Shown piece after piece: positions 36,666 to 46,923 of a stretch of 64,000 nt of DNA (position 1 is its first letter; the number at the start of each line of letters is the position of its first letter). The DNA lies in assembly GCA_016193585.1 (NCBI GenBank), contig JACPRW010000003.1, forward strand, positions 263,303 through 327,302. The letters run 5' to 3'. The DNA comes from Candidatus Aenigmatarchaeota archaeon. Its GTDB lineage: Archaea; Aenigmatarchaeota; Aenigmatarchaeia; GW2011-AR5. Under the pieces are notes generated by a model. It worked only from the letters and a program-made list of their open reading frames with translations, was not told the origin of the DNA and did no database searches. The position numbers and the translations under genes were made by a program.

Positions 36666-39485
36666 ATGAACAGGCAACACGAAGAGGAAATCATGGCGTT
36701 CTGGAAGGAGAACGCCGTTTATGAGAAGGTAAAGGCAAACGTCAAAGGAAAGAAGAAATTCTATTTCCTCGACGGCCCGCCGTATGCCACGGGCGCAATA
36801 CATATCGGCACCGCGTGGAATAAGATCCTCAAGGACGTGTACATCCGCTTCTGGCGCATGTCCGGATTCGATGTGTGGGACCAGCCGGGCTATGACACGC
36901 ATGGCATTCCCATTGAGAACAAAGTCGAAAAAGAGCTGCAGCTGCGCGCAAAGCACGACATAGAGCGGCTGGGCATCGAGCGTTTCATCCTCGCCTGCAG
37001 GAAGTTCGCGACCGAGCACATCGGCACGATGAATGAGCAGTTCGCCAATCTGGGCGTGTGGATGGATTTCGACAACCCGTACCTGACGCTCAGCAACGAG
37101 TATATTGAGGGCGCATGGCACACCTTCAAGGTGGGCTATGATAAAGGATTGCTCTATCACAGCTCGTACTCGGTGCATGTGTGCCCGCACTGCGAAACGG
37201 CGGTGGCGTACAACGAAATCGAATACACGAAGCTCACCGACCCGAGCGTCTTCGTGAAGTTCCCTGTCGCCGGCAAGGAGAACGAATTTCTGGTCATATG
37301 GACGACAACGCCGTGGACGCTGCCCTCAAACACCGGCATCATGGCGCACCCGAAAGCCGACTATGTCAGAGTGAACGTGGATAGCCAGACACTCATCCTT
37401 GCAAAGCAGCTTGTTGAGAGCCTCATGAAAAAGATCGGCGTTTCTTCCTACACTGTGCTCGAAACAATAAAAGGGAAAAATCTTGAAGGGATGAAGTATG
37501 TTCACCCGCTGACAGACCTGTTCCCATTCCTCAAAAGTCTTGGGAATGCTCATCGTGTGGTATTGTCAGAACAGTACGTTTCCCTCGAAGAGGGCACCGG
37601 TCTGGTTCACACAGCACCAGGACACGGCAAAGAAGACTACGTCGTGGGACTGGAAAACAAGCTGCCTGCTGTCAATCCGCTGAAAATGAACGGCACGTTC
37701 AATGAGGAATGTGGAGAATTCTCCGGCATGTTCGCCAAGCATGCTGACAGGAAGATAATTGACATACTCAAGGAGCGCGGCCTGCTCCTCCTCGAAGAAA
37801 AGGTCACGCACGACTACCCCCAGTGCTGGCGGTGCAGTTCGCCGCTGCTCCAGATGGCGGTGCCACAGTGGTTTTTCCGCGTCACGGCAATACGCGACAA
37901 GCTGCTCAAAGCGAACAAGAAAGTCGCGTGGAACCCGCCGTGGGCGCAGCAGCGCTTCCAGAACTGGCTCGAGAACCTGGGCGACTGGCCTATCTCGCGC
38001 CAGCGCTACTGGGGCATCCCGCTGCCGATATGGATGTGCGGCGAATGCAAAAGCGTCAAGGTCGTCGGCTCAAGCGACGAGCTTCCGGATGCGCCAAAAG
38101 ATCTGCACCGGCCGTATATCGACAAGGTCGTCTTCGACTGCGCGTGCGGCTCGGTGATGCGCCGCATTTCCGACGTGCTCGACGTCTGGTTCGACTCGGG
38201 GCTGGCTGCGTGGGCGTCGCTCGGCTACCCGAAGCACAGGGAAACGTTCGAGCGCCTCTTCCCGAGCGATTTCCAGACCGAAGGTCCCGACCAGTTCAGG
38301 GGCTGGTGGAATTCTGAAATAATCACCAGCATGATAACCTTTGACAAAACGCCGTTCAAGAGCATCCTGCTCCACGGCTTCGTCCTCGATGCGCACGGGA
38401 ACAAGATGTCGAAGAGCAAGGGCAACATCGTGCAGCCCGAGGATGTCATAGAAAAGTACGGCAGGGACGTCCTGCGGCTGTACCTCGTCTCCAGTGCGCC
38501 GTGGGAGGATTTCTACTTCAAGTGGGTCGATGCCGAAACCACGGCTAAATCGTTCACGGTCATCGAGAACACGTTCAACTTCGTGAAAAGCTATGCGGTC
38601 CCTATTGCAAAGCCCAAGACCCTCGCTCCTGCGGACAAGTGGATTCTGTCGAGGCTCAACTCGCTCATTGCCCAGGCGACAGCAGATTGCAAGTCGTACA
38701 ATGCGCACAGGGCGGCAACGGCGGTGCATGATTTCCTCCTCAACGACTTTTCGCGCCTGTACATCAAGCTCGTGCGCGACCGCGTGTGGCCTGCCTACGA
38801 TGGCAAGGACAAGGACGCAGCGATGTACACGCTCTTCACCGTTTCTCATAAATCCGCAGCGCTGCTCGCGCCGTTCTGCCCGTTCCTTGCAGAGCACGTA
38901 TACCAGCACGTCCTCAAGCCGCTCGGCGCCGAGCTGGATTCGGTGCACATGGAGAAATTCCCGAAGTTCGACAAGAAGATGGTTGACAAGGAGCTTGAGG
39001 CGCAGATGGAGCTCGCGAAGGCGGTCACTGAGGCGGTGAACGCGCTCCGTCAGGAACACAAAATCAAGCTTCGCTGGCCTCTCGGGAAGGTGGTCGTTTC
39101 TGCCGAGGTTTCAGAGGAGATGAAGGACATCATAAAGTTCATGTGCAACGTGAAGTCAGTCGAGACGGGCAGTGGTGCACCGTTTCCCTCGAGGGAGTTC
39201 GCCGGCGGGAAGGTCTATCTCGACACGACGATCACTGGGGAGCTGAAGACCGAGGCGCTGCTCCGGGAGGTCGTGCGCAGGGTGCAGGACATGCGGAAGA
39301 AGGCAGGCATGGTCGTCAGCGACCGCATCGTGCTCACGCTCGAGCAGTGCGACGAGCTCAAGCCCTTCAGCGAGCAGCTGCGCAGGGATGTCGGCGCGGA
39401 CCAGGTGCACTATGGCAGCGCGCAGGGCGAGAAGCTTGAATTCGAGGGCAGGACGGTAGGAATCGCGGTGGAAAAGCTTTCCTGA
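36666..39485 (+). CDS. ileS: Isoleucyl-tRNA synthetase
   Basis: DGPPYATG..HIG, WTTTPWTLP, DWPISRQRYWG, KMSKS; start reassigned. Confidence 0.97.
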   Translation: MNRQHEEEIMAFWKENAVYEKVKANVKGKKKFYFLDGPPYATGAIHIGTAWNKILKDVYIRFWRMSGFDVWDQPGYDTHGIPIENKVEKELQLRAKHDIERLGIERFILACRKFATEHIGTMNEQFANLGVWMDFDNPYLTLSNEYIEGAWHTFKVGYDKGLLYHSSYSVHVCPHCETAVAYNEIEYTKLTDPSVFVKFPVAGKENEFLVIWTTTPWTLPSNTGIMAHPKADYVRVNVDSQTLILAKQLVESLMKKIGVSSYTVLETIKGKNLEGMKYVHPLTDLFPFLKSLGNAHRVVLSEQYVSLEEGTGLVHTAPGHGKEDYVVGLENKLPAVNPLKMNGTFNEECGEFSGMFAKHADRKIIDILKERGLLLLEEKVTHDYPQCWRCSSPLLQMAVPQWFFRVTAIRDKLLKANKKVAWNPPWAQQRFQNWLENLGDWPISRQRYWGIPLPIWMCGECKSVKVVGSSDELPDAPKDLHRPYIDKVVFDCACGSVMRRISDVLDVWFDSGLAAWASLGYPKHRETFERLFPSDFQTEGPDQFRGWWNSEIITSMITFDKTPFKSILLHGFVLDAHGNKMSKSKGNIVQPEDVIEKYGRDVLRLYLVSSAPWEDFYFKWVDAETTAKSFTVIENTFNFVKSYAVPIAKPKTLAPADKWILSRLNSLIAQATADCKSYNAHRAATAVHDFLLNDFSRLYIKLVRDRVWPAYDGKDKDAAMYTLFTVSHKSAALLAPFCPFLAEHVYQHVLKPLGAELDSVHMEKFPKFDKKMVDKELEAQMELAKAVTEAVNALRQEHKIKLRWPLGKVVVSAEVSEEMKDIIKFMCNVKSVETGSGAPFPSREFAGGKVYLDTTITGELKTEALLREVVRRVQDMRKKAGMVVSDRIVLTLEQCDELKPFSEQLRRDVGADQVHYGSAQGEKLEFEGRTVGIAVEKLS

Positions 39486-39543
39486 GCCCCTGCCTTTCCT
39501 TGGATGTGGATGTCTATAAATACGCTTATTCTAATGTGGGTGT

Positions 39544-40599
39544 ATGTCCATTGATGATGCAGCGCGTTTCCTCAGCGACCTGAAGCCGGGCGACGAGGTT
39601 GTCATCGTCTTCAACAACGATGCAGACGGCATCTGCTCGTGCATTCTCGTCAAGTCCATCATCCAGTCGCGGACAAAGAAGAAGCCCTATATTATTTCCC
39701 AGCCGATGCCAACAGAGAAGAACCTCATACGGAAAATACAGACGACGCTGCCGACAAAGATAATCTTCCTCGACCTGGCGATGGACCAGCAGGAGGGCGT
39801 TATCAAGAAGCTCAAAGGCATCTGCGACATTATGGTTATAGACCACCACATGGTCATGAAGGACCTCAATGCCAAGGGAATTGTCCACTATAATCCGCGG
39901 TTCGCGGGCAGGGAAATATACCAATCCACCTCGTATTGCGCGTACAGGATATGCTCCCGTATCGAGGACGTGTCAGACCGGTTGTGGATAGCGGCGGTCG
40001 GCATCATCGGGGATTACAACCTCAAGGATTCTCAGGACGTTGTCGCGGAGGTGCGCAAAAAATACAGGAGCCTTGTCGGCGACCGCGAGCTCTACGAGAC
40101 GCCGCTCGGCAGGATAGCGGACATGATAGCGGCATCCAAGGCGACCAGGGCGCTCACGTGCGAGCGCGTTGCGGAAATCCTTGAAAACATGCACAATCCC
40201 GACGAGGTCTTCGGGAACGAGAAGATGGTCGAGGCGTACAAGAGCGTCGAGCTCGAGATGGCAGCCCTTGTTGCAGATGCAGAAAGGAACGCGGAGGTGC
40301 ACAAGGACCTGATGCTGTACGAAATCAAGTCCGCGTACAATCTTGCCTCGCCGTTTTCCACACGTTTCAGCGACAAGTTTCAGGAAAAGTTCGTTGCCGT
40401 ATACGAGCGTATCAATAAAATTGTGAAAATATCGGCGCGGAACCAGTCGGGAACATACGACGTCGCGCACACGCTGAAGCGGGCTGCCCGCGGCCTCAGC
40501 GCATCGGCAGGCGGCCACGACAGGGCGGCAGGAGCTACCGTGAGCGAGAAGGAATGGGAGCAGTTCAAGGTGCGCCTGATAGAAATACTGTCGAGATGA
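39544..40599 (+). CDS. DHH/DHHA1 family phosphoesterase (RecJ-like)
   Basis: DADG, DHH, GGHDRAAG. Confidence 0.88.
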   Translation: MSIDDAARFLSDLKPGDEVVIVFNNDADGICSCILVKSIIQSRTKKKPYIISQPMPTEKNLIRKIQTTLPTKIIFLDLAMDQQEGVIKKLKGICDIMVIDHHMVMKDLNAKGIVHYNPRFAGREIYQSTSYCAYRICSRIEDVSDRLWIAAVGIIGDYNLKDSQDVVAEVRKKYRSLVGDRELYETPLGRIADMIAASKATRALTCERVAEILENMHNPDEVFGNEKMVEAYKSVELEMAALVADAERNAEVHKDLMLYEIKSAYNLASPFSTRFSDKFQEKFVAVYERINKIVKISARNQSGTYDVAHTLKRAARGLSASAGGHDRAAGATVSEKEWEQFKVRLIEILSR

Positions 40600-40604
40600 T
40601 GCTC

Positions 40605-41267
40605 CTATTTTATGGCGGCGATGAGCGCATGCTTCTGCTCGTACGGCTCGAGGTTGACGAGCTGGAGAACGCTGAAGCCGGCCTTCCGCAGTTTTTCAGC
40701 CTCCTCCTTGTAGACTTTGCTCGGGTCCTTGGTGACGTCGATGCTCTGCGATTTTACCGCGATGAGCACAAAGCCGCCCTTATTGAGGAACATATGCGCA
40801 TTCCGGATGGCAATCTCCGTCTCGTCCGGCTGTGCCACGTCAGTGACGAGCGTGTCGCATGCTTCAATCCAGTTGTAGAGTTCAGGCTTGCGCGCATCGG
40901 CAAGGATGGGTGCTATGTTGCCCCGTGCTGCTGCAAGGTCCGCGATATTCCTGAAGCTTCGCTCGGAGAATTCGATTGCGTACACGATGCCTTCCCTTCC
41001 TGCAATATCAGAAACGTGCGACACTGTTGTCCCGGTTGCCGCGCCGAGATAGAGGACCTTCGAGCAGCTTCTGACTGGAAACTGCTTGATGCCGTTCATG
41101 AGCGCTGCGGCGAGCTTGCTTCGCTCAGGAACCCATTCCCGCAATTCGCTGCCGCCCTGCCTGACAAGGCGCTCGCCGTACACCTTCTTTCCCGGCAACA
41201 GGTTTACGGTGTAGAGGCTTTTGCCTCCCCTGAAAATTCCTGGAAACAATTCCTGCATGCTGTTCAC
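40605..41267 (-). CDS. flpA: Fibrillarin
   Basis: VYGE, RSKLAA, LYLGAATGTTVSH, DVAQPD. Confidence 0.96.
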   Translation of the reverse strand: MNSMQELFPGIFRGGKSLYTVNLLPGKKVYGERLVRQGGSELREWVPERSKLAAALMNGIKQFPVRSCSKVLYLGAATGTTVSHVSDIAGREGIVYAIEFSERSFRNIADLAAARGNIAPILADARKPELYNWIEACDTLVTDVAQPDETEIAIRNAHMFLNKGGFVLIAVKSQSIDVTKDPSKVYKEEAEKLRKAGFSVLQLVNLEPYEQKHALIAAIK

Positions 41268-41270
41268 AAC

Positions 41271-42188
41271 CTACTTTATGGAATCGATTTCCTCGTCCAT
41301 TTCTTTCCTGAGTTTCTCCTCGAGCCTGCCCGAATAGTAGTCTATGCGCGCCGCAACCATGAGCTTGGAGGCGATGATGCGCGCGACCTTCCCGCGGTTC
41401 TCGGCGCGCGCGTTCTGTATGCGGTTGTCGAGGAACAGAATCCCGTATTTCGGTGATTTTCCCTGTTTCTTGAGATGCCTGAACAATGCCTTTTCCGCCC
41501 CGAGCAGTTGGATTGCCGAGGCAGGAAGCCGCGCGAGCTTTTGCAGCGACCCCGCGCCCGCAAGCATCTTCGCTGCCAGGAGCGGATCGACGAGCGAGCA
41601 GGTCGTCGGCGCAATCTCTGTCATGACGCGGCGCACGTAGTGCTCGAGCATTCTTCGCTCTTCGTTGACGGACGCGATCATGCGCGCATACGCGAACAGG
41701 GCTTCCTTGTCGCTGTCGGTCAGCTCTGCGCCGGCGCTCCCGGCGAAATCAGGGAATTGCTCCCGCGTCCCGTATGCAAGCGTTTTGGCAAGCAGCTCTC
41801 TCCCCGCTATGCGAAGCTCGGGATAGTGGAGCGTGTACCATTCGGTCAGGCGCTCGAGGAATACGGAGAGGACCTTGTCGAGGCTTTCGAGGGCGTTGTT
41901 TGCATGGACTGCGAGTTTGTCCCTGCCGATGATGCCCTTGAGTCCTTTGCGCGAGAGTGCGAGCGCAAACTGTGACATGAACCTAACCCATGCACTATCG
42001 TCGGCGACAAAGCCGAGGGAAATCGCGTGCGGGCGCAGGCTGGCGCCGATATACGCTGTCTGCTCTGGCGCCGCCAGGAATTCATCGACGGCCTTCTCCG
42101 GGTCGGTGACGAAGAGCGCATGCTTGGCAAGCCTGCCGTCGTCTGAGAACGTCAGTATGCCGATGGGCGTTTTAATCGGTGATGCCAT
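41271..42188 (-). CDS. nop5: Nop5 (Nop56/58) C/D snoRNP protein
   Basis: EWYTLHYPEL, PASAIQLLGAEKALF, SPKYG. Confidence 0.94.
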   Translation of the reverse strand: MASPIKTPIGILTFSDDGRLAKHALFVTDPEKAVDEFLAAPEQTAYIGASLRPHAISLGFVADDSAWVRFMSQFALALSRKGLKGIIGRDKLAVHANNALESLDKVLSVFLERLTEWYTLHYPELRIAGRELLAKTLAYGTREQFPDFAGSAGAELTDSDKEALFAYARMIASVNEERRMLEHYVRRVMTEIAPTTCSLVDPLLAAKMLAGAGSLQKLARLPASAIQLLGAEKALFRHLKKQGKSPKYGILFLDNRIQNARAENRGKVARIIASKLMVAARIDYYSGRLEEKLRKEMDEEIDSIK

Positions 42189-42254
42189 GCGTATTTAAAA
42201 TTAAGGAAGGTATTAAAGCGTTTGACGGTGGATGCATTACGTTGTAAAATGGGA

Positions 42255-42681
42255 TATAGATAATTGCGCAGCTTATGTCGTATTATAGCAATACAAGGAA
42301 ATAAACACGATATTACTTCCTTGTTTGCTATATGTGAAGCAAATGTATAATATCGGTATTATTTATTTGCTTCACTATAACGCGCAATTTTCTATAGGTG
42401 AATTGCAAATAATATCAGGACATATAGTGAACCAAGTAAATAATCAGGTATCCACTATAACCAGTGCAATTCACCATACATGCAGAAGCAATGCTTCTGC
42501 TGTACAGGTGGAACAGAGTTCCACCATGTATCTTGAAGAGCAAATCTCTTCGAGGTGCTCAAAAACCAAAGGGTTTTTGGCATGCCAAAGAAGCGCAGCT
42601 TCTTTGAGCATGGCAGAAAGCATGCGCTTTCTGAGCACGACACGCGTAATATGGGATACGACGCACGGAGTGCGGGGTATT
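42255..42681. repeat. Large nested array: I[B+E] + H[A/D remnant] + X3 + four-hairpin chain + Z motif
   Basis: Comparison with uninterrupted H-I at 2458-2552 and with 54803-55061. Confidence 0.9.
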
Positions 42682-42870
42682 ATGGGACGAATCAAGACTG
42701 CCGATATCAAGAAGGCTTCAGGGGAACTTCTGTCTGCCTATAGCAACAAGTTCTCAACCGATTTTGCAGCCAATAAAGAGGTACTCAAGGAGTTCAATAT
42801 CACTGACGAGAAGCGGACCAAGAACAAGATAGCCGGTTACATCACGCGGAAGATGAGGCAGCGGGCGTAG
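42682..42870 (+). CDS. rps17e: 30S ribosomal protein S17e
   Basis: MGRIKT...F..DF..NK...KRTKNKIAGYIT; true start 42682 (the ORF-track N-terminus is repeat-derived). Confidence 0.95.
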   Translation: MGRIKTADIKKASGELLSAYSNKFSTDFAANKEVLKEFNITDEKRTKNKIAGYITRKMRQRA

Positions 42871-43395
42871 CTAGCCTGTACGGCTCTCGAGCACCTTCTC
42901 CAGAATAAGCTTGAACCACGGCGTGTAGCTATCGGGATGCTTCTCGACGTCTTTCTCAAGCGTGGCGACATCGACATATTGGTAATCCTTTATTTCCTGC
43001 GGGTCCGGCTTTACATGCCCACCGTAGGTGCCGATAAAGACCCAGTCAACCTCGTGCTCCCCCCATTCGCTGTCGTACGTTGCGTTGTACTGGAACTTGA
43101 ACAGAAACCGGAGGCTGCACGAGAACCCCAGTTCCTCTTGCAGCCGCCGGTGCGCAGCTGCGGCAGTGTCCTCGCCCTTCCGCGGGTGGCTGCAGCAGGC
43201 GTTCGACCAGTAGAGCGGCCACGTTTTTTTCTTCCCGCTGCGCTGGGTGATGAGCATCTTATCCCCGTCAAAGATGAACACCGAGAATGCGCGGTGGAGC
43301 ATTCCCTTGCCGCGGTGGCACTGTTCCTTCCCTTCGTAGCCCAGCTCATCATCGTTGTCGTCAACAAGAATAATGCGCTCCATATCGTTAATCAT
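42871..43395 (-). CDS. idi: Isopentenyl-diphosphate isomerase type 1
   Basis: LHRAFSVFIF, QRS..K.TWP..WSNACCSHP, EHEVD. Confidence 0.95.
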   Translation of the reverse strand: MINDMERIILVDDNDDELGYEGKEQCHRGKGMLHRAFSVFIFDGDKMLITQRSGKKKTWPLYWSNACCSHPRKGEDTAAAAHRRLQEELGFSCSLRFLFKFQYNATYDSEWGEHEVDWVFIGTYGGHVKPDPQEIKDYQYVDVATLEKDVEKHPDSYTPWFKLILEKVLESRTG

Positions 43396-43408
43396 CCCAA
43401 TAAAATAT

Positions 43409-43610
43409 TATAGTGAAGCAAATAAATAATACCGATATTATACATTTGCTTCACATACATGGTAAAGCAAAGCTTTACCTGTACGGGTGAAACGTTGTTT
43501 CACCATGTATAGCAAACAAGGAAGTGATACAAGGTGGATTCCATGAATCCACCTGTACAGGAGAATCTTCGATTCTCCTCGTATCGTGTTTATTTCCTTG
43601 TATTGCTATA
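43409..43610. repeat. Composite E (43409-43457) + X2 (43458-43507) + B interrupted by X5 (43530-43581)
   Basis: Recurs at 44765-44912 (inverted, without X5) and 51634-51771 (truncated). Confidence 0.92.
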
Positions 43611-44723
43611 ATCCTGCTTCACGCCGCTGCCGTCGATTGCAACGTCAAGCGTGCGGATGCCTGCCGCATCCCACGCTTCCCTCACGCGACGTGCTGTTGC
43701 CTCGTCGAAGCACACCGCAATGCCGCAATCGCCGCCACCCGCTCCTGAGAGCTTGCCCGCGGCTCCGCATGCATTCGCGGCTTCTGCCAGTTTTCTGAGG
43801 TCAGGCGTTTCGATGGGCACGCCGGTCTCGTCGCCGAGCCGCCGCAATGCGTCCTCGTTCTCCCTGAGCAGCGCGATTATTCTTCCTTTGTCACCGTTCT
43901 TCCACGCCTCTACTGTGCTTTCCGCAATGCCTCCTATCGCCTGCATGAGACCGGCGTACCGCTCCTTGTTGATTGCCTTGAATTCGTTCATTCGTTTGAC
44001 CATCGTGCTGGTGGACGCCGGCTCTTTCGTCCAGCCAACCAGCAACATGAGGCCTGAAGGATTGGCGAGTTTCTCGACATGAAAGCTTGGCCATTGTTCC
44101 GAAACAACGTCCGAGAGTCGTTTCTTTTCAAGTTCTCGCACGAGCCATTCGGGGTCAAAGCGGCTGTATACAAAGACGCCGCCGAACGTCGAAGCCGCAA
44201 CGTCGAAGCCGCTTCCCACTTTCCCCTGTCCTGTGTAATGGGCAATGGCCGCAAGCTTGTAAATCTCCTCGTTCGTCGCCTGGTGCCCGTGCAGGTCGAG
44301 TATCGCCGCAATCGCGGCGACGACAACGGCAGCCGACGAGCCGAACCCAACCTTTGTATGCTCGCCATCGACAGAAACAAGAGTTTCTCTGCTCTCTGTG
44401 GTTATCTTGAACGGGACAAATTTCAGGCCCTTTTCTTCTGCGTACTTCACTGCTACGGTTACCGCCTCGCCAAGCAGCCTGAGCGTTTCCTTGGTTTTGT
44501 CGTCAGCGTTCATGAAAACGAGCTTGCCGTTAAGCATCTTTGCGCGGGCATCAGTTATCTTGAATTCCCGTGCGGTGACAGAAATGCCATTATATCCGGC
44601 AAGCGGCTCGACAAACACGTGAACGCGGCTGTTGACTGCCGCAACAATGCCTTTGGTTCCCATTTCAAGAATAGCCCACTCGCCGCTGACGAAGAGCTTG
44701 CCGGGGGCGCTGTAGTGGATCAT
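43590..44723 (-). CDS. Phosphomevalonate kinase (ERG8/Gram-positive type, GHMP family)
   Basis: SAPGKLFVSGEW, KVGFGSSAAV, GSGFDVAAS, KLSGAGGGDCG; C-terminal YSNTRK* comes from repeat B. Confidence 0.88.
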   Translation of the reverse strand: MIHYSAPGKLFVSGEWAILEMGTKGIVAAVNSRVHVFVEPLAGYNGISVTAREFKITDARAKMLNGKLVFMNADDKTKETLRLLGEAVTVAVKYAEEKGLKFVPFKITTESRETLVSVDGEHTKVGFGSSAAVVVAAIAAILDLHGHQATNEEIYKLAAIAHYTGQGKVGSGFDVAASTFGGVFVYSRFDPEWLVRELEKKRLSDVVSEQWPSFHVEKLANPSGLMLLVGWTKEPASTSTMVKRMNEFKAINKERYAGLMQAIGGIAESTVEAWKNGDKGRIIALLRENEDALRRLGDETGVPIETPDLRKLAEAANACGAAGKLSGAGGGDCGIAVCFDEATARRVREAWDAAGIRTLDVAIDGSGVKQDYSNTRK

Positions 44724-44764
44724 ACAAAACACTTATAGGAGAAGCATTTTAAACAGCGTATCTG

Positions 44765-44912
44765 TATAGCAATACAAGGAAATAAACACGATAGTACTTC
44801 CTTGTTTGCTATACATGGTGAAACAACGTTTCACCTGTACAGGTAAAGCTTTGCTTTACCATGTATGTGAAGCAAATGCATAACATAGGTGTTATTTATT
44901 TGCTTCACTATA
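44765..44912. repeat. Composite B + X2 (44814-44863) + E
   Basis: Inverted copy of the 43409 composite. Confidence 0.92.
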
Positions 44913-44938
44913 AACGCATTGCGGGCAATAACGGTTAT

Positions 44939-45901
44939 ATGGCAGCCCTATACACCCCGAAGGTGAAAATTGCAGTTGCGAGCAGCTTCGAGGGCATAGT
45001 AAATAACGGAGCACCGGAATGCGCACTTGTTTCACTGAATGCATATCATGAGCAAAATCCCAGCTCGTTTTTCGAAAGAAAATTAACCGCATCCGAGTTT
45101 AATCAGTCATATCGAAGTGCTGATGCTGTACAGAAGTTTCTTGCGCTGCGACCGCTGGTAGAAGTCGCAGAGGATTACAGAACGGTACTTGACGTGATAG
45201 AACGCTATCCAGCAGAATCCGGTGTATTTGCTGCAAACCCCAATGACGTCAAAACGTATCTGTTTCTTGCGGAAAAGTTCAACGGGCTTAAGCAGGAAAA
45301 GCAGGAAGAAAGGGATGAATTCGGCAAAGGTAAGGACAGCTTTTTCTACAAAGAAAGACGCGCATTGCAGAAAGCCGGCTATGAGGCGTGGCTTAACACG
45401 CAAGCTCCTTTTGATGATGCGTTGCCACAATTCCGCCACTTGGTCGAAACGCAAGTATGGGATGGCGGAGAGCCTGTCAGCGGCTTTTTCCCTCGGTTTG
45501 CGACGTCAAAAGATGAAGCTTCGACATACGCGCTCTGCAGGTTCTACGCGGCGGTGAAGAAACTGGATGTGTCGGACATGGAAGGTACGCGATGTATCAT
45601 CCCGCGGGATGGTATCATAGGCATGGAAACAGTTCCTTCACGCAATAAAGTGCAGCAGCTCGTTGTTATTGCCGACCGTCTGGAAGTCCCGCGAAGCCAG
45701 GTATGGCGGCTGAACGACCGCTACGACCCTCGGCAACAGGAAGAATTATTTTATAACGGATTCGTGTACCAGTTTTTCGTGCCAGGGTATGCAGCACCTG
45801 TTGAAATAGAAAGAGCCCGGCATGACAGGTTTGTCAGGGTTCTTGAAAGAAAAAGCTTTGCACAGCAACTGGCAGCATATGCAGAACAGTGGGGGTTCTA
45901 G
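44939..45901 (+). CDS. Degenerate HAD-like protein
   Basis: Resembles 47312-48019 (LRPLVEVAEDY, FATSKD) but motif I reads SFEG; start reassigned (the ORF-track N-terminus is repeat-derived). Confidence 0.6.
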   Translation: MAALYTPKVKIAVASSFEGIVNNGAPECALVSLNAYHEQNPSSFFERKLTASEFNQSYRSADAVQKFLALRPLVEVAEDYRTVLDVIERYPAESGVFAANPNDVKTYLFLAEKFNGLKQEKQEERDEFGKGKDSFFYKERRALQKAGYEAWLNTQAPFDDALPQFRHLVETQVWDGGEPVSGFFPRFATSKDEASTYALCRFYAAVKKLDVSDMEGTRCIIPRDGIIGMETVPSRNKVQQLVVIADRLEVPRSQVWRLNDRYDPRQQEELFYNGFVYQFFVPGYAAPVEIERARHDRFVRVLERKSFAQQLAAYAEQWGF

Positions 45902-46923
45902 CTTTCAATCCTCACCCCTTCTGCGCCAAGCTCGGCGTCCCACAACTCGTAGCCCAGCTTATGAACAGCTGCAGCGAGCTTTGCCTTGTCCTCGTGGCAG
46001 CAGAGCACGATGCCCCCTCCGCCTGCGCCGCAGAGTTTGGCTGCGCCGCCGATTCGTTTCACCGCTTCATGGATTTCATCAATTTCCGGTATTGAAACGC
46101 CGAGTTCTTTGAGCAGCAGTTGGTTTTTGTTGATGACGTCTTTAACAAGCCTGGAGTCCTTCGTGCCAAGCGCTTCCTTCATCATGTGCACGAGCTTTCC
46201 TATCTCACGTACCCTCTGGCTGCGGTACGCTTCGTCAAGGTTCCGCACGTGCTGCACGAGTTCGCCTGTCGTCTTCTCCGGCGGTCCCGTGTAGACGAGG
46301 CCGAAGTGGTCGAGCGTATGCGGTGTGGAAAGCGGCTCGATGACGTTGTGCTGTCGCTTCTGGAACCAGATGAGGCCGCCATAGCAGGCAGTTGTATTGT
46401 CGCCGCCCGACGGCGTCCCGTGGATGAGCTGCTCAAGCTCGAATGCAATGGCATTGATCGCTGCAAGATCCAGCTTCACTCCTTGAAATGATGCCATAGC
46501 TTTGGTCAGCGCAACCGCAAGTGAAGCTGATGACCCTAGCCCTGCACCAGCTGGGATGTCGGATGTTATGCGGATGTCGGCGCCGTACTCAAGGGAAAAT
46601 TTCTGCGCGAGCGCGCCGACAACCGCTTTCCGGTAGTTGCCGTAGCCGTCGGCTTTGATGAACGCAAACAGGGCGGAAAAGTCGCTGGTGACCACGCCTT
46701 CGTCCCACAAATGCCGCGCCGTTTCCACAGCATATATCGCATCCTCCACCGTAAACCTGACCGTTCCACGAAATCTGCTATCACTATATGCAAAGCCTTC
46801 GAGCGGCTCTACGGAAACCGCTGTCCTCCGCCCGACTGCCGCGATTATCGCCGGCTCGCCGTAAACGACGGCATGTTCTCCGGTAAGGATGCATTTCCCC
46901 GGGGCTGAAGCGCGTGCCATCAC
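45898..46923 (-). CDS. mvk: Mevalonate kinase
   Basis: APGKCILTGEHAVVYG, GAGLGSSA, HGTPSGGD, KLCGAGGGG. Confidence 0.95.
   Translation of the reverse strand: MMARASAPGKCILTGEHAVVYGEPAIIAAVGRRTAVSVEPLEGFAYSDSRFRGTVRFTVEDAIYAVETARHLWDEGVVTSDFSALFAFIKADGYGNYRKAVVGALAQKFSLEYGADIRITSDIPAGAGLGSSASLAVALTKAMASFQGVKLDLAAINAIAFELEQLIHGTPSGGDNTTACYGGLIWFQKRQHNVIEPLSTPHTLDHFGLVYTGPPEKTTGELVQHVRNLDEAYRSQRVREIGKLVHMMKEALGTKDSRLVKDVINKNQLLLKELGVSIPEIDEIHEAVKRIGGAAKLCGAGGGGIVLCCHEDKAKLAAAVHKLGYELWDAELGAEGVRIES

Noticed and set aside
42255-42681. Palindromes as assembly or MDA chimera artefacts
   Set aside because: Chimeras copy flanking sequence; these recur at distant loci with substitutions, compensatory stems and consistent TA duplications. 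Read mapping is still needed to exclude this fully.
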